Shown here in pieces: positions 9,167-18,816 of a stretch of DNA of 64,000 bases (position 1 is its first letter; each line of letters starts with the position of its first letter). Origin of the DNA: an uncultured Gammaproteobacteria bacterium (lineage in GTDB: Bacteria > Patescibacteriota > Microgenomatia > Levybacterales > UBA12049); NCBI GenBank assembly GCA_964571255.1, contig CAZNAA010000002.1:28746-92745 (forward strand). Direction: 5' to 3'. The translations under genes and the position numbers were made by a program. Under the pieces are notes generated by a model. It was not told the origin of the DNA and searched no databases. It saw nothing but the letters and a program-made list of their open reading frames with translations.

Positions 9167-9428
9167 GGAGAGATGCTTCGAGTTCTTCTAACGTAATGGT
9201 TTCTCCTTGTGCGAGATCCTTTAATCCCTGTTCAATGCTTGCCATTAAGGAGGAATCTCCCATAATTTCCATTGTTTCTTTCCAGGACTCATACTCTTCA
9301 GACGAAATAAGTACAGCTGAGGGTACTCCGTTTACCGTAATAATATATTCATTTAGTTTAACTTTGGCGTTTTCAACTAACTCTGGTAATTCTTGTCTTA
9401 CTTTACTAATGGGAAGTGTTTGAATCAT
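9159..9428 (-). CDS. Phd/YefM family antitoxin
   Basis: LPISKVRQELPELVE...IITVNG.PSAVLIS.EEYES..ET; start set at ATG 9428, 6 nt after TACAAT. Confidence 0.85.
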   Translation of the reverse strand: MIQTLPISKVRQELPELVENAKVKLNEYIITVNGVPSAVLISSEEYESWKETMEIMGDSSLMASIEQGLKDLAQGETITLEELEASLHV

Positions 9429-9468
9429 GAGCTTATTGTACAGAATAATGTACAATAAGTCAAGAGAC

Positions 9469-9774
9469 TTATTGTAACTTCTCACCCCACTCATTGAGTT
9501 GACTGACAATCTTTTTTAAACCTATGCCTTTTTCAGTTAACGAATACTCTACTTGGAGTGGTTTTTTAGAGACTACTTCACGCACAAGAATATTGTATTT
9601 TTCTAAAGTCCTCAATCTTTGCGTCAATGTCTTCGTACTTACCATTTCTAAGCTCCTGTGGAGCTCACCAAACCGTTTTTTCCCAGAACATAACTGATGG
9701 ATAAGAAGAAGAGTCCATTTGCTTCCTATGACTTTTAGTGCCTTTTCAACCCCACAATTTTTACAACTATCCAT
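9469..9774 (-). CDS. HxlR/DUF24 family winged-helix regulator
   Basis: C.VEKALKVIGSKWTLLLI...RFGEL...STKTLTQRLR.LE...VEYSLT.KG. Confidence 0.9.
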   Translation of the reverse strand: MDSCKNCGVEKALKVIGSKWTLLLIHQLCSGKKRFGELHRSLEMVSTKTLTQRLRTLEKYNILVREVVSKKPLQVEYSLTEKGIGLKKIVSQLNEWGEKLQ

Positions 9775-9778
9775 ATAC

Positions 9779-9817
9779 TAGTTACTTTAAAGTAACTACT
9801 TTACTTTGTAAAGTAGT
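9779..9817. promoter_or_regulatory. Tandem palindromic operator between the HxlR regulator and the FMN reductase
   Basis: Perfect 20-bp palindrome tagttactttaaagtaacta 9779-9798; inverted repeat actactttac-ttt-gtaaagtagt 9795-9817. Confidence 0.7.
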
Positions 9818-9834
9818 CAGAGTATGCTTACTTC

Positions 9835-10413
9835 ATGACAATTCAAATTATTCTAGGGAGTACAAGAGAGGGGAGATTTGGCGAGGCAGTTGCTAAATAT
9901 GTTCTCTCCCAAGCAGAAAAATTCAAAACAGCAGAGATTAAATTTGACTATATCGATTTAAAAGAACATCCTCTTCCCTTTTTTGCTGATGAAAAAGCTC
10001 CTTCTTTTGTTCTAGATGGAAAATACCCAACCAAAGAACATACCCAGTGGGGAAAAAGAATTGCCAAAGGAGACGGATATATTATCCTTACTCCAGAATA
10101 TAATCATGGCTATCCAGCCGTTCTCAAAAATGCACTTGACCATTTGTATCACGAATGGGGAAATAAACCGGTTGCTTTTATTGGCTATGGAGGACTAGCA
10201 GGTGGAGCACGAAGCGTTGAACAGTTAAAACAAGTAGTAACAGAGCTACGTATGATCCCCATTCGTGAAGGATCTCTGATTCAGCACGTTTATGGAGTAT
10301 TTCAAAAAGACGGAACAATTCAACAGGAGTCCGCTCTTCCCCATTTAGATAAAGTCTTTGAGGATCTGATTGACTGGACGAAAAAATTGAAAAAACTTCG
10401 TGAGGAAAAATAG
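9835..10413 (+). CDS. NADPH-dependent FMN reductase
   Basis: GSTREGRFG, TPEYNHGYPAVLKNALD, KPVAFIGYGG..GG.R. Confidence 0.92.
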   Translation: MTIQIILGSTREGRFGEAVAKYVLSQAEKFKTAEIKFDYIDLKEHPLPFFADEKAPSFVLDGKYPTKEHTQWGKRIAKGDGYIILTPEYNHGYPAVLKNALDHLYHEWGNKPVAFIGYGGLAGGARSVEQLKQVVTELRMIPIREGSLIQHVYGVFQKDGTIQQESALPHLDKVFEDLIDWTKKLKKLREEK

Positions 10414-10707
10414 TTATTTTCTTGCCGTTATTCCATGAGAGGAGGCAAATCCTCTTAATTGTTTTACCGTAATTCCTCCAAATTCTTCCCCAAGACCACT
10501 AGCAATTTGCTCATAGTCTAACCCTTGTGCACGTGCTTGTATAAGAAGAGTTTTTAGCAACACTGCTTTTTCAGGAGTTAATTTGAGACGTCCTCCTGGT
10601 TGGTCTGGAGCTTTATCAGAAGAATTTTCTTGCTCTTCTCTCCTGCGCTCTCTTATTTGAGCAATTCTTCTTTCTTTATAGCTAAGATAGGGACGATTTT
10701 CACTCAT
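10414..10707 (-). CDS. Small hypothetical protein, possible HTH
   Basis: 97 aa; YEQIASGLG...ITVKQL; TAAAAT 8 nt before ATG. Confidence 0.55.
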   Translation of the reverse strand: MSENRPYLSYKERRIAQIRERRREEQENSSDKAPDQPGGRLKLTPEKAVLLKTLLIQARAQGLDYEQIASGLGEEFGGITVKQLRGFASSHGITARK

Positions 10708-10771
10708 TTGTAGGTATTTTAACGTATTTTTTCATTTTTGCAAGCTATTTTTAGCTTTGGAGTAAGAAATA

Positions 10772-11053
10772 CTATTTTTTATATTGTCTTTTTCCTCCTT
10801 TACGCTTCCACCATCTTACCTGTATATCAGTTGAAGACTTAACCATATGTAGGCAGTGTGACGCAATAAAGATATGCAAGTGATCTACGCTCAGACCTAC
10901 TTCTTTCGCAATTTGACTTCGTGGTTTCTTGTCAAGTATATCTTGCACAACTTGTCTTTTTAGCTCAGCTAACGCTTCAGGTGTCCGGCTAATATTGACT
11001 CTTCCAGTTTCAGGAGGAATAGGTCTATTGCTTCTGAGGTCTCTTTCTGCCAT
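10772..11053 (-). CDS. Small hypothetical protein, possible HTH
   Basis: 93 aa; RSQIAKEVGLSVDHL helix-turn-helix pattern. Confidence 0.55.
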   Translation of the reverse strand: MAERDLRSNRPIPPETGRVNISRTPEALAELKRQVVQDILDKKPRSQIAKEVGLSVDHLHIFIASHCLHMVKSSTDIQVRWWKRKGGKRQYKK

Positions 11054-11070
11054 AGAGAGGGTAATTACAG

Positions 11071-11577
11071 TTATTTCTTTAACTGAGTATGTTTTTCGTG
11101 AGAGAGATCATAGGAGAAAAGTTCACTTTCTGAAAACCAATGAGCAATCTCTAAGGTTGCTTCGTCAGGATCTCCTGATGCATGTAAAAGGTTTGGAAGG
11201 CCAGTATCTTGCTTATCAGCGTAATCAAAACTAGCATGAGCAAAATCTCCTCTGATAGTTCCAGGCAGAGCAGATTTGGGCTCGGTTGTTCCAACCATTT
11301 TTCGAACAGTTCCAACAGCTTCTACTCCTTCAAGAACAAATGCAAGAACTGGTCCTTGAGTCATCATGGAAAGAGTCACATCAAACGCTTTTTGTCCACG
11401 TCTGGAAATCATTTTGCCAATGTTTTCGTAGTGGTGGAAAAAGTGATCATAATTTGGAGAAAGCATTTTTGCTCCAACAAGTTTGAGTCCAGCTCTCTCA
11501 AATCGAGTGAAGATTTCTCCAACAATCCCTCTTTGGATTGCATCTGGCTTAAAAATAATGAGAGTTCTTTGTAACAT
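11071..11577 (-). CDS. ndk: Nucleoside diphosphate kinase
   Basis: RTLIIFKPDAIQRG, PGTIRGDF, NLLHASG (catalytic His). Confidence 0.95.
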   Translation of the reverse strand: MLQRTLIIFKPDAIQRGIVGEIFTRFERAGLKLVGAKMLSPNYDHFFHHYENIGKMISRRGQKAFDVTLSMMTQGPVLAFVLEGVEAVGTVRKMVGTTEPKSALPGTIRGDFAHASFDYADKQDTGLPNLLHASGDPDEATLEIAHWFSESELFSYDLSHEKHTQLKK

Positions 11578-11624
11578 CTATGGATAAGTATATCAGCTTT
11601 TTCTTTTTTTGACTAGAGAATCCT

Positions 11625-12899
11625 CTACATCTTAGCAAGAGATTCTAGCTTTTCTGTTGTAAAGGTATTTCCAATCACCGCAATATTCAAAGTATCATTC
11701 TTTACGTACTCTTTTCCAACACGTTCTATATCAGAAACGGTCACATTATCAATTCGTTTGAGGACTTCATCTGGATTTAGCATCTCATTCTCAATCAACT
11801 CTTGATGGGCATAGAAAACAGCAACTGAGCGGCTATCTTCCAGATCCAGTACCAAATGCCCCTTCAGATACTCTTTGGCTTTGGTTAACTCCTCCTCAGT
11901 AAGAAGCATCTTTCCTTCCTTCACCTTGGCTAGCTCTTCAAGAATCACTTTCATTGCGTCCTCTGCTCGTTTTGGATCAACTCCTGCAGTTGCAACTAAA
12001 CTCCCACAATCTTTATATTCATCTGAGTTGGCCCGAACATAATACGCTAGTCCCCTTTTCTCCCGTACTTCGGTAAACAAACGGGAACTCATCCCTCCTC
12101 CAAGAATGGCGGCAAGAACAGAAATGGGATAGTGTCTTGGGTCTTCAATCGAAACCGTTCGAACCCCAATGGCCATATGGACTTGTTCAGTTTTTTTCTC
12201 TTTGATAAAAACGTGTGGAGACGTTTGTTTTTCACTAACTGGTAAGGGCGTAACGGTTTTAAATGTAGGCATTTCTCCAAAGTATGAGAGAACTAATTTT
12301 TCTACCTCTTCAATGCTTGTTCCTCCAGCTACAACAATAGTCATATTATCAGCACTATATAAGGAGTTCATATAGTCAACAAAATCCTCTCTTTTGGTTT
12401 TCATAATGACCTTTTTGTCTCCGGCAATGTCCCACCCCATGGGAGTATCTCCGTACAAAAGTGACTCATACACGTCACCTAGTTTTCTCATCGGCAAATC
12501 TTCATACATGTTAATCTCCTCAATAATGACGCCCTTTTCTTTATCAATCTCCGTTTGTTCTAGCTTTGAATGAAGGAGCATATCAGAGAGGATATCTAGT
12601 GAAAGAGAAAGATTAGCTTTAGCTGATTTTATATAATACGCAGTGGTTTCTTTCCCAGTAAAAGCATTAAACTCTCCTCCCATCCCGTCAATTTGGCTTG
12701 AAATAATCTGTGCGCTAGGACGCTTCTCTGTTCCTTTAAATGCCATGTGTTCAAGAAAATGGGAAATTCCTGAGTTTTTCTTATTTTCGTATCTACTTCC
12801 TGCCCCAACCATGACCATAGCCGTGACACTTTCTAAGCCAGGCATTGGGATAGTGATTAATCGCAGACCATTAGGAAGAAGAGAGCGGTGATATTGCAT
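11625..12899 (-). CDS. M16 family zinc peptidase
   Basis: HFLEHMAFKGT inverted zinc motif, NAFT, SSRLF.EVREKRGLAY. Confidence 0.93.
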   Translation of the reverse strand: MQYHRSLLPNGLRLITIPMPGLESVTAMVMVGAGSRYENKKNSGISHFLEHMAFKGTEKRPSAQIISSQIDGMGGEFNAFTGKETTAYYIKSAKANLSLSLDILSDMLLHSKLEQTEIDKEKGVIIEEINMYEDLPMRKLGDVYESLLYGDTPMGWDIAGDKKVIMKTKREDFVDYMNSLYSADNMTIVVAGGTSIEEVEKLVLSYFGEMPTFKTVTPLPVSEKQTSPHVFIKEKKTEQVHMAIGVRTVSIEDPRHYPISVLAAILGGGMSSRLFTEVREKRGLAYYVRANSDEYKDCGSLVATAGVDPKRAEDAMKVILEELAKVKEGKMLLTEEELTKAKEYLKGHLVLDLEDSRSVAVFYAHQELIENEMLNPDEVLKRIDNVTVSDIERVGKEYVKNDTLNIAVIGNTFTTEKLESLAKM

Positions 12900-12961
12900 G
12901 AGATTGAGTATAACACACCAAATGTGAAAAATTAGGAAGAAAAGAGAGACTCTTTTGAATA

Positions 12962-13474
12962 CTATTTATTATCAAGCTTGTTTTCAGAAGGAGTGTATCG
13001 TAATCCTTGTCCAGCAACAGCAGTAATGTGTCTTCGAAAGTCAGGATTAAGTAGACCTAGCTGATAGACAACTTTTCTTACTTCGTCTGGCCCTACATCT
13101 TTTCCTCTCCAAACAACTTCTATAATTGTATAATGGGAGACAATTTCTCCAGGATAGGCCTCAAGTAACGACATAAGCCTCCCATACTTTGTTGGAACGT
13201 CCTCCCAGGGTTTTTTCTCTTTCGTTTCTTTACTTCCTATATGAGGATATACATACGGACACACTCGCCGATTACGCTCACGAGTTGGAGCAGTACAGAG
13301 AAGATTCTCTCCTAAATAGGGACAGCTTAGTTGAATAGTCTTATTTGTTAGTACTCCTAAAAATACGGGAACAGGTTTTTTCTTACGAGGAAGAGAACCG
13401 TCTACTGATACTCCTTCACAATCAAAAGGATGTATGTTCTTTATCCGGGGCTCACGCAGTTCTTTTTCAGGCAT
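12962..13474 (-). CDS. Protein with Cys-containing N-terminus and OmpR-type winged-helix C-terminus
   Basis: LLEAYPGEIVSH..IIEVVW...VRKVVYQL...ITAVAGQGLRY resembles Trans_reg_C. Confidence 0.6.
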   Translation of the reverse strand: MPEKELREPRIKNIHPFDCEGVSVDGSLPRKKKPVPVFLGVLTNKTIQLSCPYLGENLLCTAPTRERNRRVCPYVYPHIGSKETKEKKPWEDVPTKYGRLMSLLEAYPGEIVSHYTIIEVVWRGKDVGPDEVRKVVYQLGLLNPDFRRHITAVAGQGLRYTPSENKLDNK

Positions 13475-13530
13475 AGAGGGAATATAGCGTATTTTCTCTA
13501 GTAATGCAACTTAAGAGTCTTATCTACACG

Positions 13531-15222
13531 CTACATTCGTTCTGGAGCCTGGATACCAAGAAGATATAATCCTTTTTTGAGCACTTCTCCTGTTTTTTCT
13601 GTCAAAAAGAGTCTGGTTTGAGTTACATCCTCTGCTTGGTTAAGAATAGGACATTTTTGATAGAACAGATTAAATTGTTGAGCCAGTTCATAGAGATAGG
13701 TACATAAAAGATTGGGACTATATGTCTTTGCCGCTTGAGAAGTAATCTCATCAAATCGAGACAAAAGGCGAAGGAGAGTACTTTCCTCTTTTGAGAGAGG
13801 AGTATGTTTCATTTCTCCCTTTTTCCCGTCCCCTTTTTTCAAGACACTTTGGGTTCTGACAAAAGTATATTGCAAGTATGGCCCAGAGGAGCCGTCAAAA
13901 GAGATTGAGTCTTCAAAAGAAAACTCTACGTCCTTTCCGACTCCACTTTTCAAAAGTGCATATTTTATTGCAGCTTGTCCTATCTGTTCTGCTGTCTCTT
14001 CCCCTATCCCTTCACTTTTCTGACTTGAGGCAAGAATCTCGCTTGATCTTCTTTTGGCCTCGTCCAGTAGCCACTCCCCCGTTACAACTTTTCCTGTTCG
14101 GCTGGACATTTTCCCTTCAGGAAGTCTCACCATTCCGTGTGTTATGTGTTTAGTTTTTTCCGAGAGATCGGGACGAATTAAAGAGAGCGACTTGAGAAGC
14201 ACTTTAAAATACTCTGCTATCTCATTTCCCGTCACAATAACAGATAACGTATAGGGGAAATAGGTATACTTTAAAGGAGCTAATCCTAGCTCTTTAGCTT
14301 CATAGGTCGGAAGTCCTAAAGAGTTGATAAACACTCTACTATGCAACCCGTACTGCTCACCTGGGAAAATGACTGCTCCTTCACTTTCTTTAAAAATTCC
14401 CTTCTCTTTATACTCTAAAACGAGTTTTTTCCCTGCTTCTCCTACTTCACTCTCAAAAAAGAAGCGGTCAAAGCTACTTCCTAATCTGGCGTATAACTGA
14501 TCAAAATATTCAAGACTCCACTGTCTTCCTATTGTATAGAGCTCCATGATAGAGGACTCTTTCGCATAGACTGCTTTATTGATCTCAATGATCTCTTTTT
14601 TGGCTTCCTCTGATACTTCGTAATCCTTAGAACCAAGTGCATAACACTCTCCTAAGAACTGGGCTTTTTCTGAGACTGTTTTTCTCTCATATGAAGAAAG
14701 TATTACTCCGTCTTTTTCTTTTTGTTTTATTCCCCACAAAGATTTGGCAACGTGTAATCCAACGTCTCCTTGATAGGTAACTCGCTTCACCTGCGCTCCT
14801 GTATATTCAAATAATCTGCTCAAAGATTCTCCAACGATATTCGTATAGACGTGTCCTATATGAAACTCTTTAAAGGGATTTGGATCCGTATACTCAACAA
14901 TAACCTTCTCCCCTGTCATTTCTTTCTCAGGTGTATGCGTAATTTGGGAAACAAGAAATGATTGAGAAAGCGTAATGTTTATAAATCCAGGAGCAACAGA
15001 CTTGACTGACTCAATCCCTAATTCCTGTTTTTGAATCTCAAGTTGGCTAGCTATTTCCTGCGCAATCTCTAATGGGTTTCTTTTGAGTTCTTTGGAAAGA
15101 ACCATGGCAATATTGGTTGTGTAATCTCCATGAGAAAGATCAGAAAGAATGACTGTAGGATGAGTACTACTGCCCATCTGAGAGACAATTTCTTTGAGTA
15201 CTAGTTCAAGCTGTTTTTTCAT
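13531..15222 (-). CDS. argS: Arginine--tRNA ligase
   Basis: GDYTTN, PGFINI, EYTDPNPFKEFHIGH, KMSSRTG, GPYLQY, PERM C-terminus. Confidence 0.96.
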   Translation of the reverse strand: MKKQLELVLKEIVSQMGSSTHPTVILSDLSHGDYTTNIAMVLSKELKRNPLEIAQEIASQLEIQKQELGIESVKSVAPGFINITLSQSFLVSQITHTPEKEMTGEKVIVEYTDPNPFKEFHIGHVYTNIVGESLSRLFEYTGAQVKRVTYQGDVGLHVAKSLWGIKQKEKDGVILSSYERKTVSEKAQFLGECYALGSKDYEVSEEAKKEIIEINKAVYAKESSIMELYTIGRQWSLEYFDQLYARLGSSFDRFFFESEVGEAGKKLVLEYKEKGIFKESEGAVIFPGEQYGLHSRVFINSLGLPTYEAKELGLAPLKYTYFPYTLSVIVTGNEIAEYFKVLLKSLSLIRPDLSEKTKHITHGMVRLPEGKMSSRTGKVVTGEWLLDEAKRRSSEILASSQKSEGIGEETAEQIGQAAIKYALLKSGVGKDVEFSFEDSISFDGSSGPYLQYTFVRTQSVLKKGDGKKGEMKHTPLSKEESTLLRLLSRFDEITSQAAKTYSPNLLCTYLYELAQQFNLFYQKCPILNQAEDVTQTRLFLTEKTGEVLKKGLYLLGIQAPERM

Positions 15223-15421
15223 ATTGGTAGTATATCACTGAGTCTTTAAAAGCAGAATACAGGGTTTTTAATAGAAAAATAGGATATGCATGTTTATCTA
15301 AAAGCATACAATCGTATGCAAATTACTTTTTCTCCCGTCTTAATCCTACTTAGCAGACTCCTCTCTATTCCGATAGAAATTCTCTTTGACAGTAACATCA
15401 CTTCTTCTTATAATACGCTCC

Positions 15422-16111
15422 ATGTCATCTTCACCAGAATATCCTTCTTCAGAAGAGCCTAAAAAAAGTCGAGTAGAACTTTGGACTACTCTTCTAGGAA
15501 AGGTAGAAGAGGATATTTCGGAAAATTGGGGATTTCAATTTCTACCCGAAATGGAGCTACCCCTTTCTACCACATGTCAGGTTATAACCGGAGAAATGAT
15601 TATCCCTGAAGTCTACTACCGCTATCCTCATCCTGGAATTCTATACAACCCAAATGCAAGTAGTATAGAAAGATTTTATGGTTATATGTGTGTTATTGCT
15701 GATGTGGTACAAGGAGTGTATCACCCACAAGCTTTATTTGATGTAGAAGAATATACTGGCAGAATTGGGCTTCTTGAAGAGATTAGATTAACAGAGACAG
15801 TAGAAGATTATACAGATGCGGGAAGAGGAAATTTGGAACTTCTCTCGAGAAGTTTTGTTTTAGAAACCAGTGAGGAAGAGTGGGAAAGACTTATTGAAAT
15901 ATCCCTTAACTCACGCCTGGCTATCACCCTGACCAGAGACACCATTCCTGATGCCGAAGCTATAGAGATACTTGTAAGAGAGGATTTTTCTCGAGCCAGA
16001 CAAATTGGCAAGAGACTAAAAGAGCCTGAGAATCAACCTCTGTTCTCTGAAATGGAAAGGTATCTCACTTTTGAGTTGGGAAGACTTGAACCTGAAGAAC
16101 CTTTCCCTTAG
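15422..16111 (+). CDS. Hypothetical acidic protein
   Basis: TTGACA-17-TATAAT promoter (15386-15414) 7 nt before ATG 15422; no motif recognised. Confidence 0.6.
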   Translation: MSSSPEYPSSEEPKKSRVELWTTLLGKVEEDISENWGFQFLPEMELPLSTTCQVITGEMIIPEVYYRYPHPGILYNPNASSIERFYGYMCVIADVVQGVYHPQALFDVEEYTGRIGLLEEIRLTETVEDYTDAGRGNLELLSRSFVLETSEEEWERLIEISLNSRLAITLTRDTIPDAEAIEILVREDFSRARQIGKRLKEPENQPLFSEMERYLTFELGRLEPEEPFP

Positions 16112-16943
16112 TATTAAACGTCACCTCTCCATCTTTATCTGTGCGATACATTTTTATTTTATTCTTCTCAAGTAAAGAAATCATCTCTTTTGATGGATGC
16201 CCATATTTGTTCTTCCCTACAGAAAAAACTGCTATCTCAGGCTTAATAAGATCAAGTATTTCTTGACTTAGACCACTTTTAGATCCATGGTGAGGAACTT
16301 GGAGAACATCAATATCCCCTGTAAACCCCTCAAGTGCATCTGTTAACCCCTCCACTTGACTATCTCCTGTAAAAAGAATCGAGGTGTCCTTATACTCAAG
16401 GAGTAAAACGAGGTTTCCAAAACCTTCACTTTCATTAATTTCCCCCGTTGGCGCAGTTTGCACTAAAAACTCCTTACTTGGGCCCAAAACAGTGAGCGAT
16501 ACTCCCTCACTCGTTTGATATGAGTCACCCTTCCACAAGTAGTTAATCAAGATGCTTTGGTCTGCTAAAGTACTCATCAAACTCAAGAATTCATCGGTCT
16601 GATTTGTCACTTTTTCTGTATCAAAACTCTTAATACTATATCGATAAATAACACTTTCAAGCCCTGCTAAGTGGTCTAAATGGGGATGAGTGAGAAAAAC
16701 AACGTCCAAGGTTCGGTCCCAAAAAGGAAGATGAGAAAGAAGACAAGAATGAATTGATTCGTTTGGCCCTCCATCAATGATAAATTGACTTCCTTTAGGA
16801 GTTCTAATAACAATAGCATCTCCCTGCCCCACGTTACAAAAAGTAACCGTGAGCCCTTCTGATCTGACAATCTGAAGTCCTTGATACAGCCCAAATCCAA
16901 GCATAAATAGGCCACTAAGAATGAGAAGAGGAAGTTTTTTCAT
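16065..16943 (-). CDS. MBL-fold metallo-hydrolase (ComEC C-terminal-like)
   Basis: NVGQGDA, IDGG, THPHLDHL.G, LFTGD, VPHHGS, N.YGHPS, RTD..G. Confidence 0.9.
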   Translation of the reverse strand: MKKLPLLILSGLFMLGFGLYQGLQIVRSEGLTVTFCNVGQGDAIVIRTPKGSQFIIDGGPNESIHSCLLSHLPFWDRTLDVVFLTHPHLDHLAGLESVIYRYSIKSFDTEKVTNQTDEFLSLMSTLADQSILINYLWKGDSYQTSEGVSLTVLGPSKEFLVQTAPTGEINESEGFGNLVLLLEYKDTSILFTGDSQVEGLTDALEGFTGDIDVLQVPHHGSKSGLSQEILDLIKPEIAVFSVGKNKYGHPSKEMISLLEKNKIKMYRTDKDGEVTFNTKGKVLQVQVFPTQK

Positions 16944-18153
16944 ATGAGTTTCTATACAACACTAAATACAGCCAGACTGCAAGCAGATACCATCCAATAG
17001 AGAAGAATATCGAATCAATCTCAACAGTCAGTGAGAAAGGAGCAAAAAACAGCACTACTTGAGTAAAAAACCAGAGAAAAGGTACGCTAAGTGTTGCAAT
17101 AAGTGAGCCTAGAAGTGGAAAGACCAAACTTACCCCTCCACTTACTCCTCCAACAAGCATGAGAAGTGGCATCATCCAGAGAACTAAGGTATTCGTGAGA
17201 AGAGAAAAGAAATTAAGCTGGCCAAAGGTAAAAAGCAGAACAGGAAGGGTAAGGATTTGGGCACAAAACGTGATTAAGAGATCTGATATTCCCACAATTC
17301 CTTTGATATACCTTTCAAGAAACGGTTGATAGAGCAAAATACCCAGAGTTGAAAGAAAAGACAATTGAAACCCCAGATCAAAAAGTAAAAAAGGCTGAAA
17401 TATCACCATCCCATATCCAGCCAGGCATAATAACCAGACACCTCTAGTCTGCCTGCCCCATACTCCGCCAAGCAGAGTAATGCTTCCCATAATCGTAGCC
17501 CGCAGAATGCTTGCTTGAGCTCCTGCAAAGAAGAAATACAAAATAAGTACGCCTATACTCAAAAGGATTGCTGTTTGCCGCCTTGTTACACGCAGGAAAA
17601 GACTCATTAGCAGTCCTGCAAGAAGAGTAACATTCATGCCTGATGCAACAGTAATATGAGAAACTCCAGTTGATCTAATTGCCTCTTTCAGAGAGGGAGT
17701 AAGCGGCTGATTCACTCCAAAAGTAATCCCCGTTAGAAGCCCCACGTGATCAGAAGAGAGAAAATAAGACATTCTTTGCTTCACTTCTTGTTGAAAAGTA
17801 ATCAAAGAAGAGAGAAAAGGAGAAGAAGATAGGACTCTCACTTCATTTGCAGAGACTGAATACCAGACTCTTCCCCTGTCGTCTTTTCTTTCTTTAAAGA
17901 CTCCTTTTATACCTATTTTGTCTCCATAAGAAAGTCTTATTGTTTTCTTTGCAATGATAAAGACACGAAATTGCCCATTAGCAATCACGCTAAACGATTG
18001 ATACTCTGGTTTCTCCTCAGGGACGGAAAGAAGCGTTGCTTCAAAAAAAACCTCACGTTCTGGAGTGAAAGGAAGAGGAGTTGAGAAAAAAAGAAATAAA
18101 CGAAGAGATAAAAGAGAAAGTCCAACTAAACAGATTCCTAAAAAAAGCTTCAT
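16915..18153 (-). CDS. comEC: ComEC/Rec2 competence membrane domain
   Basis: Multi-TM; G.SHITVASGMNV, SILRATIMG, GFQLSF. Confidence 0.88.
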   Translation of the reverse strand: MKLFLGICLVGLSLLSLRLFLFFSTPLPFTPEREVFFEATLLSVPEEKPEYQSFSVIANGQFRVFIIAKKTIRLSYGDKIGIKGVFKERKDDRGRVWYSVSANEVRVLSSSPFLSSLITFQQEVKQRMSYFLSSDHVGLLTGITFGVNQPLTPSLKEAIRSTGVSHITVASGMNVTLLAGLLMSLFLRVTRRQTAILLSIGVLILYFFFAGAQASILRATIMGSITLLGGVWGRQTRGVWLLCLAGYGMVIFQPFLLFDLGFQLSFLSTLGILLYQPFLERYIKGIVGISDLLITFCAQILTLPVLLFTFGQLNFFSLLTNTLVLWMMPLLMLVGGVSGGVSLVFPLLGSLIATLSVPFLWFFTQVVLFFAPFSLTVEIDSIFFSIGWYLLAVWLYLVLYRNSYEKTSSSHS

Positions 18154-18767
18154 TAGAGTGTAATCATATTCCGTATCTTCTCAAAAACCCCTACTGATAC
18201 CACTTTTTTCTCAGTAAGCTCTTCAAGAGCACTATATGGCCTAGCTGATATGATTTTCTGTGCTGTTTGTACCCCAATTCCAGGCAGCGTATCCAACTGT
18301 GCCGCTGAGGCTGTATTCATAGAGATAAGACCATCTTTGCTTCCTAAAACACTGGTAGTAGAAATTACTACCTCTTCTCCTTCAAAAGGAATATATAACT
18401 TCATTCCATCAGTGAGTTTCTGAGCTAAGTTTATTTCTCTAGCAATGAGAGCTTTATTTGCATTTAGAGCAAATCCTCCAGCCATTTCAACCACTTCCCC
18501 CACTCTGCTCTCCTCAGAAACTGAATATAGTCCAGGAGAGACCACGGCACCAGAGAGATCAATAACAATTGTCTTAGGAGTTGCTGCAGAAGAAGAAACA
18601 GACTGGGACTCTTGCCCTCTGGTAAAGATAACCTCTGAAGACTCACGAGGAATAAAATACTGCATCAAACCGTATAGTAATAGACCAATTCCTATCAAGC
18701 CAATGATTGTTACCAAGCCGTATTTGCGAAGAGTAAGAAGAAATGAAGACTCAAAGTCATCATCCAT
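18153..18767 (-). CDS. comEA: ComEA DNA-binding protein (SLBB + HhH)
   Basis: N-terminal TM; IDLSGAVVSPGLY, INLAQKLTDG, NTAS..QLDTLPGIG..TAQKII. Confidence 0.9.
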   Translation of the reverse strand: MDDDFESSFLLTLRKYGLVTIIGLIGIGLLLYGLMQYFIPRESSEVIFTRGQESQSVSSSAATPKTIVIDLSGAVVSPGLYSVSEESRVGEVVEMAGGFALNANKALIAREINLAQKLTDGMKLYIPFEGEEVVISTTSVLGSKDGLISMNTASAAQLDTLPGIGVQTAQKIISARPYSALEELTEKKVVSVGVFEKIRNMITL

Positions 18768-18816
18768 ATATGACTAGCGTAGCAAAAGGAAGAGAGATTG
18801 CAAGAGAGAAAAGGAG

